Assembly: GCA_027064085.1 (NCBI GenBank)
Contig: JAMOQH010000126.1
Location: 5,040 to 69,039 of the forward strand
Reading direction: 5' to 3'
DNA length: 64,000 nucleotides
Source: a bacterium
GTDB taxonomy: Bacteria > UBP6 > JAFGXH01
Below the pieces are notes generated by a model. The model had not been told where the DNA came from. It was given only the letters and a program-made list of their open reading frames with translations, and made no database searches. Below are positions 1-8,643 of this stretch, one piece after another (position 1 is the first letter of the stretch; each line of letters starts with the position of its first letter). The position numbers were made by a program, and so were the translations under genes.

Positions 1-1123
1 ATGGAAAGGTGGTTGTAGCAGACATCTCTTTATCTAAATACAATGCCAATAAACCAAAAATCGCAATTATTGAAGAATATAAAAACACATATTTTCCGTA
101 AGTTAATCCTGATAATAATGCACCAACAAGCCCTCCTAATCCATAAGAAATACCTGATAAAAACAGCATAGCAATCTTTCGAGCATCTTTGTAAATATTG
201 TATAAATATAAAATTGTAGCAGAATAATAAAGGGCAAAGCTAATTGCATGAAGTGCTTGAGAAAAAAATGAAACATAGATATTTGAAGGAAATATAAATA
301 ATAAAAACCATCTTAGTACAGTTATTGATATAGAAAATTTTATAATTTTAACTAATCCGATTTTTAAAATAAAATCCTGAAAATATAAGATTATTACTTC
401 ACATATAACAGAAAATGACCATAAATAGCTTACCATATTCATGTTTATTCCGTGTTTTGTTTCGTATATAGTGAAAAAATTATAATATGCTCCAAAACTA
501 ATTTGAATTAAAAATACTGAAAGCCAAAAGCCCTTATGTTTTAATAAAGAGAGAGTTGCAGGAGCAGTTTTTACTTTATTTATTGAATTATCTCCATTAT
601 TATTACTACGATTTTTATCAAAAAGCATAGTTATTGAAATTAATACAAAAATTAAAGTTGCAAAAATATAAACAAGCAGTATCAATTTGTAATCTTCAGA
701 GAAATTAGATGCAATTAAAGATATAAAAATAAAACCTAAAGAGCCATAAAGCCTTGATTTACCATATTTTTCTTTTAAAATGTTCATGGTTATTAGCTCT
801 GTATAAGGATAAATAATAGTCATACCTATACCCGCTAAAAAATTGCTAAGTAAAAGCCAATAATAATGATTAATGGTAATTAGTAATAGTATAGAACTAG
901 CCAAAGAAGTAAATAAAGCAAAGGCAAATACTTTATCCGTTAATTTAAACTTTTTTAAAAAAACAAATGGTATTGAAAATCTAATTAGGGGAATTGTTGC
1001 AAATATGATTCCAATTTGCATAGATGAATATTTGAAATTATCTAATATTTTAGGAAGATAAATCATATATATTCCAATGGTGATATAAAAAAAGAAATAA
1101 AACGATGACAACTTTAAAAACAT
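1..1123 (-). CDS. MFS transporter (MFS_1-like), 3' end runs off the window; absent from ORF track
   Basis: Manual translation from ATG at 1123 (GGGAG upstream): MFLKLSSFYFFFYITIGIYMIYLPKIL...YGKSRLYGSLGF...GAYYNFFTIY...SYGLGGLVG; about 12 hydrophobic segments, no stop before position 1. Confidence 0.85.
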   Translation of the reverse strand, partial: MFLKLSSFYFFFYITIGIYMIYLPKILDNFKYSSMQIGIIFATIPLIRFSIPFVFLKKFKLTDKVFAFALFTSLASSILLLITINHYYWLLLSNFLAGIGMTIIYPYTELITMNILKEKYGKSRLYGSLGFIFISLIASNFSEDYKLILLVYIFATLIFVLISITMLFDKNRSNNNGDNSINKVKTAPATLSLLKHKGFWLSVFLIQISFGAYYNFFTIYETKHGINMNMVSYLWSFSVICEVIILYFQDFILKIGLVKIIKFSISITVLRWFLLFIFPSNIYVSFFSQALHAISFALYYSATILYLYNIYKDARKIAMLFLSGISYGLGGLVGALLSGLTYGKYVFLYSSIIAIFGLLALYLDKEMSATTTFP

Positions 1124-1210
1124 TTTTCTCCCGAAGAGTAAAAGAGAGAGTATATAGATTATTTAAAAAATATCAAATGTTTTTTGGGGATTTTTATTAT
1201 TAGAGTAGTG

Positions 1211-1290
1211 GTAGTAATTTTGTTTTCTAATAATTACTGAATTAGAACAATTTTACTCTCTCACCAAAGTAAAAAATTAATAATTACTAC
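1211..1290. repeat. 80-bp structured element with 9-bp terminal inverted repeats and two internal hairpins
   Basis: GTAGTAATT...AATTACTAC ends; internal TCTAAT/ATTAGA and TTTTACT/AGTAAAA inverted repeats; lies just downstream of flagellin 1. Confidence 0.45.
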
Positions 1291-1328
1291 AAAATGAAAC
1301 CAGCAATCTTAAACTTTGCTTTAAGCAA

Positions 1329-4300
1329 TTAACGAAGTAGGCTCATTAAACCTTGACTTTGTTGATTAGCTTGAGCCAACATAGAAGTAGAAGCCTGAGA
1401 TAAAATCTGAGACTTAGACAACTTAGTTGTTTCTTGTGCAATATTAAGATCTCTGATTCTTGATTCTGCAGCTGTTTGGTTTTCAGATTGAACATCTAAA
1501 TTAGCCATAGTATGTTCAAGCCTATTAACCCATGCACCAATCTTAGCTCTTTCAGATGAAATTTTTTCTATCGCTTTATCAACTTGAGTTATAGCACTTT
1601 TTGCTTCATCAGCATCAGTTACTTGAACTTTGTCAATTTTTAGTGAGTGAGCATCAGATTGCATTATATTAACATTTAGAGTTTGACCTTGGTTTGCACC
1701 AATTTGAAAATCAGTTGAATTATTAACAATTTTCATCGTTTCTATTTTAGAACCATATTCACTTTTAAATACGAAATTTTTAGCTTTTGTATCATAAGAA
1801 GCTTGTAAGTCATAAGATTGGTCAACCTCTATTTCAACACCATCAACAATATTATGTATAATGTTATCACTAACGGTATCTGTTCCTACAACAGTACCAG
1901 ATAAACTATCTTTTACTGTTACATCTAGTTCATTTTCTGTAGCATTTTGAGTTTCAGATAATCCTAATGCAGTTTTTAATTGCTCACTACCTGATACAAA
2001 AATTCTACCATTTGCTCCAGATACTGCAGACCTAATAACGATAGAACCTTGTTGTGATTCTATAGAACCTGCTGTTGATTCTGTTACAAAACTAACAATA
2101 TTTTGGTCTAGTGCACTACTGCCTGTAGAAATGCCAAGTCCTCCATCCTCAACACCACTAGTAATTGCATTTCTTAATTTATCTACAACATCATTTAATG
2201 AATCTCCACCATCAATATAAACATCAGCTTTGTCACCATAAGCATTATATATTGAAAAAGTTTCTCCATTTTCGCCTAAAATAAATTGTCCATCTGCATT
2301 ATAAAATCTATCTATATCCTTAAGTGTTGTTGATGCCTGAACATCTCCTCCACCATTTTCTGTTGCTGTAAATGAAGCAGAACCATCAGTTGGTAAAGTA
2401 CCTGTATCATTTAATGAAAACTTTGCATCAACAGAGCCTAAACTAACATGACCATTTTCTTGATCCATATAAGCAACGCCTAAAGTAGTCATTTTCTCAT
2501 CTAAAGCACCATTATTGTGAGAGGTAACAACACCCATTTGATATTCACCTGATTTTGGGTCAAAAGCATCAATTCTTGTTAAATCCCCCTCTGTATTATG
2601 ATACCTTCTTGTAACAGTTGTATCAGCTGTTGTAATATTTCCGCCCACTTCTGAATGAGTCATAGTAAAATCATCACTTAAAGCAGAAAAATCTAATTGA
2701 TGATTTGTACTATCATAAACAACAGAAACAGCATTAGATAATTTGGTTCCGTCTGAACCAACAACTGAATTGAATTTTGTTATAAAATCTGTTGCAATCT
2801 CAGCTTCTGTTTTAGTTGCTGCATCTAAATCCACATCAAAATTGAATATTTCTCCAGCTACATCAATCTGCATAGAGATATTGCTATCTGCACCACTATC
2901 GGTAATATCAAGACTGTAATTATTGTAAACAATTCCACCTGCACTAGGATCAGCATTAGCATTATCATTCATTGCAATTAGAATTCTATCTCCTGCTTGG
3001 AAATTACCTGGAATACCATCATTAGTGAAAGCATTATTAAAATCCAAAGAATAATAACCATCAGTTGCGGTTTTGTCACTACCACTTCCATCCCAAATAT
3101 CCTCAACATAAGTCCAGCTATTTCCACCATCAAAACTAACCTTTGCATCAAGGCCTGCATCTCCAATACTACCATCTGTTGTAAATTCAACTAAAGCTGT
3201 TGTTCCATGGTGTGAGTTTGAAGAAGTTGTAAATGCTGCATCAGCTGTACTTCCAAGTTTTCCCATTCCAGTTACGAATTGTGCATCCCATATATCATCT
3301 GTATTAGTCATACCAAAAACAGTATCATTAGCTGCATCAACACCATCAACTTGAACTTTATAATCCAATGCTTTGTTTTCATTTATTGCATAAAATTTAA
3401 GCTCTAAACCGTCTGCTTCTGCTCTAATACTTTCATTTAGCCTATTATCTGCATTAAATGAATCTGCAAGAGCAGTAACTCCAGCTGCTGTCACTGCGGC
3501 AACACTACCAGTAAAGGTAATGGTATTATTTGGGTCTCCATCAAGATTAAAATCTAAACTAACTGCTCCAGTATTAGCAATAGTTAAATCTAAATCTAAT
3601 TTTGCTTCAGTAAAACCTGTTGAACCAGCTTTTAAACTACTTCCCATAATATGATAAATATCATCTTGATATGTTGTTGTAACATCCTGACCGCTAACCG
3701 TTTCAAGTCTATCGAGTATCATAGACCCATCACCTTTCTCATCAACAATTAAGTTATAGTTTGAATCTGAAGTTGGGGATGTTGTAAGATTATTAAGATT
3801 AGTAAACTCTGCAACTCCTGATTTAGAAGTACGATGTTGTACATCAAAAGTACCTTTTTGGTCAGCATTAAGATTTGTAATATTACCAGTGTTACCACCA
3901 GTTGCAGTTTCATCAATTTCTAATGTAAAATCTTTTGATGAATCTTTCATTGTAAAAATTGCTGTTTCTCCACTAATTGTTAAAGTCATTTTACTAGATA
4001 AACCTGCATCGGCACCAGCCCCACCTGCTGCTAAAAAAGCAGTTTGTAAATTACTCATTGAAGTGGTTAAGTCATCCTCATCAGCAACAGAATTAACTAG
4101 ATAATTTACTCCATCAACTTTAAAATCTAAATTAAGAGTTGTTGTATCTCCATTACCACCTGCTCCTAAATTTAAGCTTAATTTATGTTCAGCTGCAGAA
4201 GCATTTAAATCTTTACTTTCTACAGATTGAACACCATCTTTAACTCTAAAAATAGAAGATGCTTGAACTTGGTTTGTTCCTGCTTTGGCATTAATTTCTA

Positions 4301-4802
4301 GTTGGTATTCTCCATCAGAAACCTTACCGTCAGTAAAAACTGCACTCATTTTAGATGTAGAAAAAGATGCAAATCCTGTTGCGTCACCTGTTAATAATTT
4401 TTTGGTATTAAATTCTGTTCTTGTTGAAATACCATCAACTTCATCCTTTAAAGCATCAACTTCTTTTTGAACTTCTATTCTATCATTAGAAGTAAGTGTA
4501 CCATTAGAAGCTTGAACAGCTAATTCTCTCATTCTTTGAAGAATTGAATGTGTTTCGTTTAATGCACCTTCAGCTGTTTGAAGCATTGAAATACCATTCT
4601 GAGCATTTTCATTAGCTTTATTAAGACCTCTTATTTGAGTTCTCATTTTTTCACTAATTGCTAAACCTGAAGCATCATCACTAGCTTGATTAATTCTTAA
4701 ACCAGTTGATAATCTTTTAATTGAAGATGTTTGTGCTTTTGTTGCACCTTGTAAATTTGTTTTAGCAGTTAAAGCTGCCATATTGTTTAAAACTGATAAC
4801 AT
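1329..4802 (-). CDS. fliC: Giant flagellin 1 (about 1157 aa)
   Basis: N-terminal RLSTGLRINQASDDASGLAISEKMRTQIRGL...LQRMRELAVQ and C-terminal NRLEHT...AAESRIRD...MLAQANQ flagellin domains; true start placed at ATG 4802 because GGAGGA lies just upstream (the track's MEEI is the SD region). Confidence 0.97.
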   Translation of the reverse strand: MLSVLNNMAALTAKTNLQGATKAQTSSIKRLSTGLRINQASDDASGLAISEKMRTQIRGLNKANENAQNGISMLQTAEGALNETHSILQRMRELAVQASNGTLTSNDRIEVQKEVDALKDEVDGISTRTEFNTKKLLTGDATGFASFSTSKMSAVFTDGKVSDGEYQLEINAKAGTNQVQASSIFRVKDGVQSVESKDLNASAAEHKLSLNLGAGGNGDTTTLNLDFKVDGVNYLVNSVADEDDLTTSMSNLQTAFLAAGGAGADAGLSSKMTLTISGETAIFTMKDSSKDFTLEIDETATGGNTGNITNLNADQKGTFDVQHRTSKSGVAEFTNLNNLTTSPTSDSNYNLIVDEKGDGSMILDRLETVSGQDVTTTYQDDIYHIMGSSLKAGSTGFTEAKLDLDLTIANTGAVSLDFNLDGDPNNTITFTGSVAAVTAAGVTALADSFNADNRLNESIRAEADGLELKFYAINENKALDYKVQVDGVDAANDTVFGMTNTDDIWDAQFVTGMGKLGSTADAAFTTSSNSHHGTTALVEFTTDGSIGDAGLDAKVSFDGGNSWTYVEDIWDGSGSDKTATDGYYSLDFNNAFTNDGIPGNFQAGDRILIAMNDNANADPSAGGIVYNNYSLDITDSGADSNISMQIDVAGEIFNFDVDLDAATKTEAEIATDFITKFNSVVGSDGTKLSNAVSVVYDSTNHQLDFSALSDDFTMTHSEVGGNITTADTTVTRRYHNTEGDLTRIDAFDPKSGEYQMGVVTSHNNGALDEKMTTLGVAYMDQENGHVSLGSVDAKFSLNDTGTLPTDGSASFTATENGGGDVQASTTLKDIDRFYNADGQFILGENGETFSIYNAYGDKADVYIDGGDSLNDVVDKLRNAITSGVEDGGLGISTGSSALDQNIVSFVTESTAGSIESQQGSIVIRSAVSGANGRIFVSGSEQLKTALGLSETQNATENELDVTVKDSLSGTVVGTDTVSDNIIHNIVDGVEIEVDQSYDLQASYDTKAKNFVFKSEYGSKIETMKIVNNSTDFQIGANQGQTLNVNIMQSDAHSLKIDKVQVTDADEAKSAITQVDKAIEKISSERAKIGAWVNRLEHTMANLDVQSENQTAAESRIRDLNIAQETTKLSKSQILSQASTSMLAQANQQSQGLMSLLR

Positions 4803-4803
4803 A

Positions 4804-4851
4804 ATTTCCTCCATGAAATCATTATTAATAAAATAGCCAAATCCTTTTGAC
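4804..4851 (-). promoter_or_regulatory. Two GGA-hexaloop hairpins (putative CsrA/RsmA sites) in flagellin 1 leader
   Basis: GTCAA-AAGGAT-TTGGC (4836-4851) and ATTTC-ATGGAG-GAAAT (4804-4819, overlaps SD). Confidence 0.7.
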
Positions 4852-4879
4852 TCTGCTTATTGTAATTAAAATCTAGTTT

Positions 4880-4918
4880 TTAGATTCTCATTACACATAA
4901 TAAACTAAATAGTTTCAT
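4880..4918 (-). CDS. Candidate 12-aa small ORF MKLFSLLCVMRI between flagellins 2 and 1
   Basis: AGGAG 5 nt upstream of ATG 4918, TAA at 4880-4882; too short to validate from sequence. Confidence 0.3.
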   Translation of the reverse strand: MKLFSLLCVMRI

Positions 4919-4997
4919 AAGTTCTCCTAAATTAATAATTAATAAAATTAAATATACTCTTGTTTCCTCCTTATATCACTTCTTATAATTTTTTATT

Positions 4998-7900
4998 TTA
5001 TCTCAATAAAGCCATAAGTCCTTGTGCTTGTTGGTTAGCTTGAGCAAGCATAGAAGTTGATGATTGAGCCAATATTTGAGACTTAGATAATTTAGTTGTC
5101 TCTTGTGCAATATTTAAATCTCTAATTCTTGATTCTGCTGCTGTTTGATTTTCTTCTTGTGCTCCAAGGTTATTGATTGTATGTTCTAATCTATTAACCC
5201 AGGCACCTATTTTTGCTCTAGCTGAAGAAACTTTAATAATGGCATTATCAACTTGAGTAATTGCTTCTTTTGCTTCATCTTGATCTGTAACTTGTACTCT
5301 ATCTACTTTAAGAGCATGAGCATCAGCTTGCATAATATTTGTATTTAGTGTTTGGCCTTGATTGGCACCAATTTGAAAGTCTGTTGAATTATCAACAACT
5401 CTCATTGTTTCTATATGTCTTCCTAAGTCACTTTCAAATACGAAAGATTTACTAGATTCATCAAAAGTTGCTTTAATATCATAATTTTGGTCTATTTCAA
5501 TATCAACACCTTTAACTATATTGTGCAGTATGTTATCACTTGTAACATCTCTTCCTACAAATTCACCGGTTAATGCATCATTAACAGTAATTTCTAATTC
5601 GTTTTCTTCTGCTTTATCTACATTAGAAATTCCTAGAGCTGTTTTTAATGCTTCACTTCCAGAAATAAATAATCTACCATTTGCTCCACTTTTAGGAGAA
5701 CGAATAACAATTGAGCCTTGTTGAGATTCTGTAGAATTTGGAATAGATTCTTTAACAAAACTAACTATATTTTCATCTAATTCAGAATTGCCGGTACTCA
5801 TTCCTAGTCCACCATCTACAACATCATTTGTAATTACATCTTTTAATTTATTTACTACATCTCTTAATGAATCACCTCCATCAATATAAACATCAGACTT
5901 ATCTCCATAAGCGTTGTATATAGAAAATGTTTCTCCATTTTGTCCAAGTATAAATTGTCCATCTGCATTATAAAATCTATCAATATCTCTTAGTTTTGTA
6001 GCTGCCTGGACATCTCCTCCGCCATTTTTATTAGCAGTAAAGCTAACTGTACCATCTGTTGGCAAAGTACCTGTTTCAGCTAAAGAAAATTTAGCATCAA
6101 CAGAACCTAAACTTGCTTGTCCACTAGTTTCATCAAAATAAGATACTTTTAAAGTTGTATTACTGTCATCAAGACTATTATTAGGATGGCTTGTTACTAC
6201 TCCCATTTCAAATTGTCCTGTTGTTGGATCAAATGCATCAACTCTTGTTAAATCACCATCTGTAGCTTGAAATCTTTTTGTAACAGAGCCATCTGCTGTT
6301 GTTATATTTCCACCTGTTTCAGAATGTGTCATAGTAAAATCGTCTTTTAAGGCAGTAAAGTTCATTTTATGTGTTCCTGAATCATAAGAAATACTCATAA
6401 CATCAGATAATTTTGTTCCATTACTACCAATTTGTGAATTAAAGTTAGAAATTAAATCACTTGCCATTTGGGCTTCTGTTTTGCTTGCTCCTTCTAGGTT
6501 TGTATTAAAATTGAATACTTCTCCTGCTACATCAATTTTTAATGATAAATTACTATCTGTAGCACTATCTGTAATATCTAAGCTTGTAGTATTATATGTT
6601 GTTGTATCTGGTATAGTATTTGCATTATCATTCATTGCTATCATAACTCTATCACCTGCTTTAAAACTACCAAGTAGCCCGTCATTTGTAAAGGCATTAT
6701 TGAAATCTAATGAATAATAACCATCTGTTGCTGTCTTATCTGTACCACTTCCATCCCAAATATTTTCTACATAAGTCCAACTACTTCCACCATCAAAGCT
6801 TACTTTTGCATCAAGTCCAGCACTACCAATGCTTCCATCTGTTGCAAATTCAATCAATGCACTAGTTCCACTATGGGAATTTGAATTTGCAGTAAATGCG
6901 GTATCCGCTGTAGCTCCCAATTTTCCTAAACCTGTTACAAATTGTGCATCATCAACTTCTCCTGCTGCAATTTGAGTAAAAAGAGCTGCATTTGCTCCAT
7001 CATCTCCAACCATTTGCATTTTATAATCAAGAGCTTTGTGTTGATCAAGAGCATAAAATTTAACTTCTCCTGTCGTTGTACTAGCCTCTGCTTTAATAAA
7101 CTGATTTAATCTATTATCTGCATTTATTGCATTTGCTAAAGTTACTGCATCAGTATTAGCATCAGCACCACCAAGAGCAACCTGAAAGTTAACTATATTA
7201 CTAGGGTTGCCATCTAAACTAAAGTTAATTTCAGCATTTCCAGCTCCACCAGCACCAGATAATGTCATAGGATAATCTAAATAAGCTTCTCTTAAACCTG
7301 TTGATCCTGCTTGTAGAGTAGTACCAATAATGTGATATATATCATCATCATAAGTTACACCACCATTTGCATCTTGGCCACTTACTGTTTCTAGGTTATC
7401 TAAAACCATACTTCCGTCACCCTTTTCATCAACTACAACTTTATAAGAGGCATCACTAGTAGGGCTATCAATTAAATTGTTTAAATTGGTAAATTCAGAT
7501 ATACCGTTTGCAGAACTTCTGTGAGTAACATTAAATAAGCCTTCTTCTCCAACAGCAAGGTTGTTACCCGCACCTGTTTCGTCAACTTTAAAAGTAAAGT
7601 CAACATTAGCATCTTTTGCTGTAAAAAGAACAGTATTGCCGTTAATAGTTAAATTCATTTTACTTGATAAACCTGCATCGGCTCCAGCTCCACCTGCTGC
7701 AAAAAATGCTGTTTGTAAATTACTTTGAGTTGTTGCTAAGTCAGTACCATCTATATTAGATGTAAAGCCATAGTCAACTCCATCTATTTTTATATTATAA
7801 TTACCTGTTGTAGTATTTGCTCCGTCAAGAGTAAAACTCATTTTATGTCGAGCTGGAGATGCGTTTAAGTCCTGAGATTCAACAGATTGAACTCCATCTT

Positions 7901-8462
7901 TAACTCTAAACATTGAAGTAGTTTGAACTTCTCCCTTTCCTGCAATAGCATTAACCTCTAATTGATATTCACCGTCTTTAACATGAGGTCCATAAAAATT
8001 AGCTTTCATTTGGCTTGTAGAAAAAGATGCAAATCCTGTTGCATCACCGGTTAGTAATTTTTTTGTATTAAATTCCGTTCTAGTTGAAATACCATCAATT
8101 TCATCTTTTAAAGCATCAACTTCTTTCTGAACTTCTATTCTATCATTTGAAGTAAGAGTACCATTAGAAGCTTGCACTGCCAATTCTCTCATTCTTTGTA
8201 ATATTGATTGAGTTTCGTTTAATGCACCTTCAGCGGTTTGAAGCATTGATATACCATTCTGAGAGTTTTCACTAGCTTTTTTAAGCCCTCTTATTTGAGT
8301 TCTCATTTTTTCACTAATTGCTAAACCACTAGCATCATCACTAGCATGGTTAATCCTCAGCCCTGTTGAAAGTCTTTGTATTGATTTGGTTTGTGCATTC
8401 GTTGCACCTTGTAAATTTGTTCTAGCCGTTAATGCAGCTAGATTTGTGTTGAATGATAACAT
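4998..8462 (-). CDS. fliC: Giant flagellin 2 (about 1154 aa), tandem paralog of flagellin 1
   Basis: Conserved flagellin N- and C-terminal domains; colinear similarity to flagellin 1 across the variable region; start at ATG 8462 after GGAGGA. Confidence 0.97.
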   Translation of the reverse strand: MLSFNTNLAALTARTNLQGATNAQTKSIQRLSTGLRINHASDDASGLAISEKMRTQIRGLKKASENSQNGISMLQTAEGALNETQSILQRMRELAVQASNGTLTSNDRIEVQKEVDALKDEIDGISTRTEFNTKKLLTGDATGFASFSTSQMKANFYGPHVKDGEYQLEVNAIAGKGEVQTTSMFRVKDGVQSVESQDLNASPARHKMSFTLDGANTTTGNYNIKIDGVDYGFTSNIDGTDLATTQSNLQTAFFAAGGAGADAGLSSKMNLTINGNTVLFTAKDANVDFTFKVDETGAGNNLAVGEEGLFNVTHRSSANGISEFTNLNNLIDSPTSDASYKVVVDEKGDGSMVLDNLETVSGQDANGGVTYDDDIYHIIGTTLQAGSTGLREAYLDYPMTLSGAGGAGNAEINFSLDGNPSNIVNFQVALGGADANTDAVTLANAINADNRLNQFIKAEASTTTGEVKFYALDQHKALDYKMQMVGDDGANAALFTQIAAGEVDDAQFVTGLGKLGATADTAFTANSNSHSGTSALIEFATDGSIGSAGLDAKVSFDGGSSWTYVENIWDGSGTDKTATDGYYSLDFNNAFTNDGLLGSFKAGDRVMIAMNDNANTIPDTTTYNTTSLDITDSATDSNLSLKIDVAGEVFNFNTNLEGASKTEAQMASDLISNFNSQIGSNGTKLSDVMSISYDSGTHKMNFTALKDDFTMTHSETGGNITTADGSVTKRFQATDGDLTRVDAFDPTTGQFEMGVVTSHPNNSLDDSNTTLKVSYFDETSGQASLGSVDAKFSLAETGTLPTDGTVSFTANKNGGGDVQAATKLRDIDRFYNADGQFILGQNGETFSIYNAYGDKSDVYIDGGDSLRDVVNKLKDVITNDVVDGGLGMSTGNSELDENIVSFVKESIPNSTESQQGSIVIRSPKSGANGRLFISGSEALKTALGISNVDKAEENELEITVNDALTGEFVGRDVTSDNILHNIVKGVDIEIDQNYDIKATFDESSKSFVFESDLGRHIETMRVVDNSTDFQIGANQGQTLNTNIMQADAHALKVDRVQVTDQDEAKEAITQVDNAIIKVSSARAKIGAWVNRLEHTINNLGAQEENQTAAESRIRDLNIAQETTKLSKSQILAQSSTSMLAQANQQAQGLMALLR

Positions 8463-8463
8463 A

Positions 8464-8523
8464 ATTTCCTCCATGAAATATTTGTGAAACCGAGTCCGTT
8501 CGGTTTAGGAGAATCCTTTCTCC
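8464..8523 (-). promoter_or_regulatory. Three tandem GGA-hexaloop hairpins (putative CsrA/RsmA sites) in flagellin 2 5' UTR
   Basis: GGAGA-AAGGAT-TCTCC, AAACCGA-ACGGAC-TCGGTTT, ATTTC-ATGGAG-GAAAT; each has an ANGGAN loop and the last occludes the SD. Confidence 0.8.
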
Positions 8524-8532
8524 ATATTTTGC

Positions 8533-8559
8533 TTATCGACCATTGTTTTTAAAACTAAA
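8533..8559 (-). promoter_or_regulatory. sigma28 (FliA)-type promoter of flagellin 2
   Basis: TTTAGTTT-N11-GTCGATAA versus consensus TAAAGTTT-N11-GCCGATAA, directly upstream of the leader hairpins. Confidence 0.8.
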
Positions 8560-8561
8560 AT

Positions 8562-8594
8562 ATTTTTTTTATTTTTTTTATTTTTTTATTTTTT
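8562..8594. repeat. Tandem A/T tracts (A-T8, A-T8, A-T7, A-T6)
   Basis: Read directly; abuts the sigma28 -35 element. Confidence 0.7.
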
Positions 8595-8629
8595 GTGTAG
8601 AGACAAGGCAATGCCTTGTCTCTACACAA
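8593..8629. repeat. Perfect palindrome with 18-bp arms, GTAG-type REP-like element
   Basis: TTGTGTAGAGACAAGGCA-A-TGCCTTGTCTCTACACAA. Confidence 0.8.
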
Positions 8630-8643
8630 TTTTAATATAATAA

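Noticed and set aside
873-6717. Short ORFs in the track inside or opposite the MFS and flagellin genes (873-1061, 2978-3190, 2997-3194, 3889-4104, 4285-4470, 5521-5724, 6481-6717)
   Set aside because: Antisense or alternate-frame shadows of well-supported long CDSs, with no recognisable motifs
1329-8462. Flagellinolysin (protease-bearing flagellin) as the explanation for flagellin size
   Set aside because: I found no HExxH zinc motif in the variable region of any of the three flagellins
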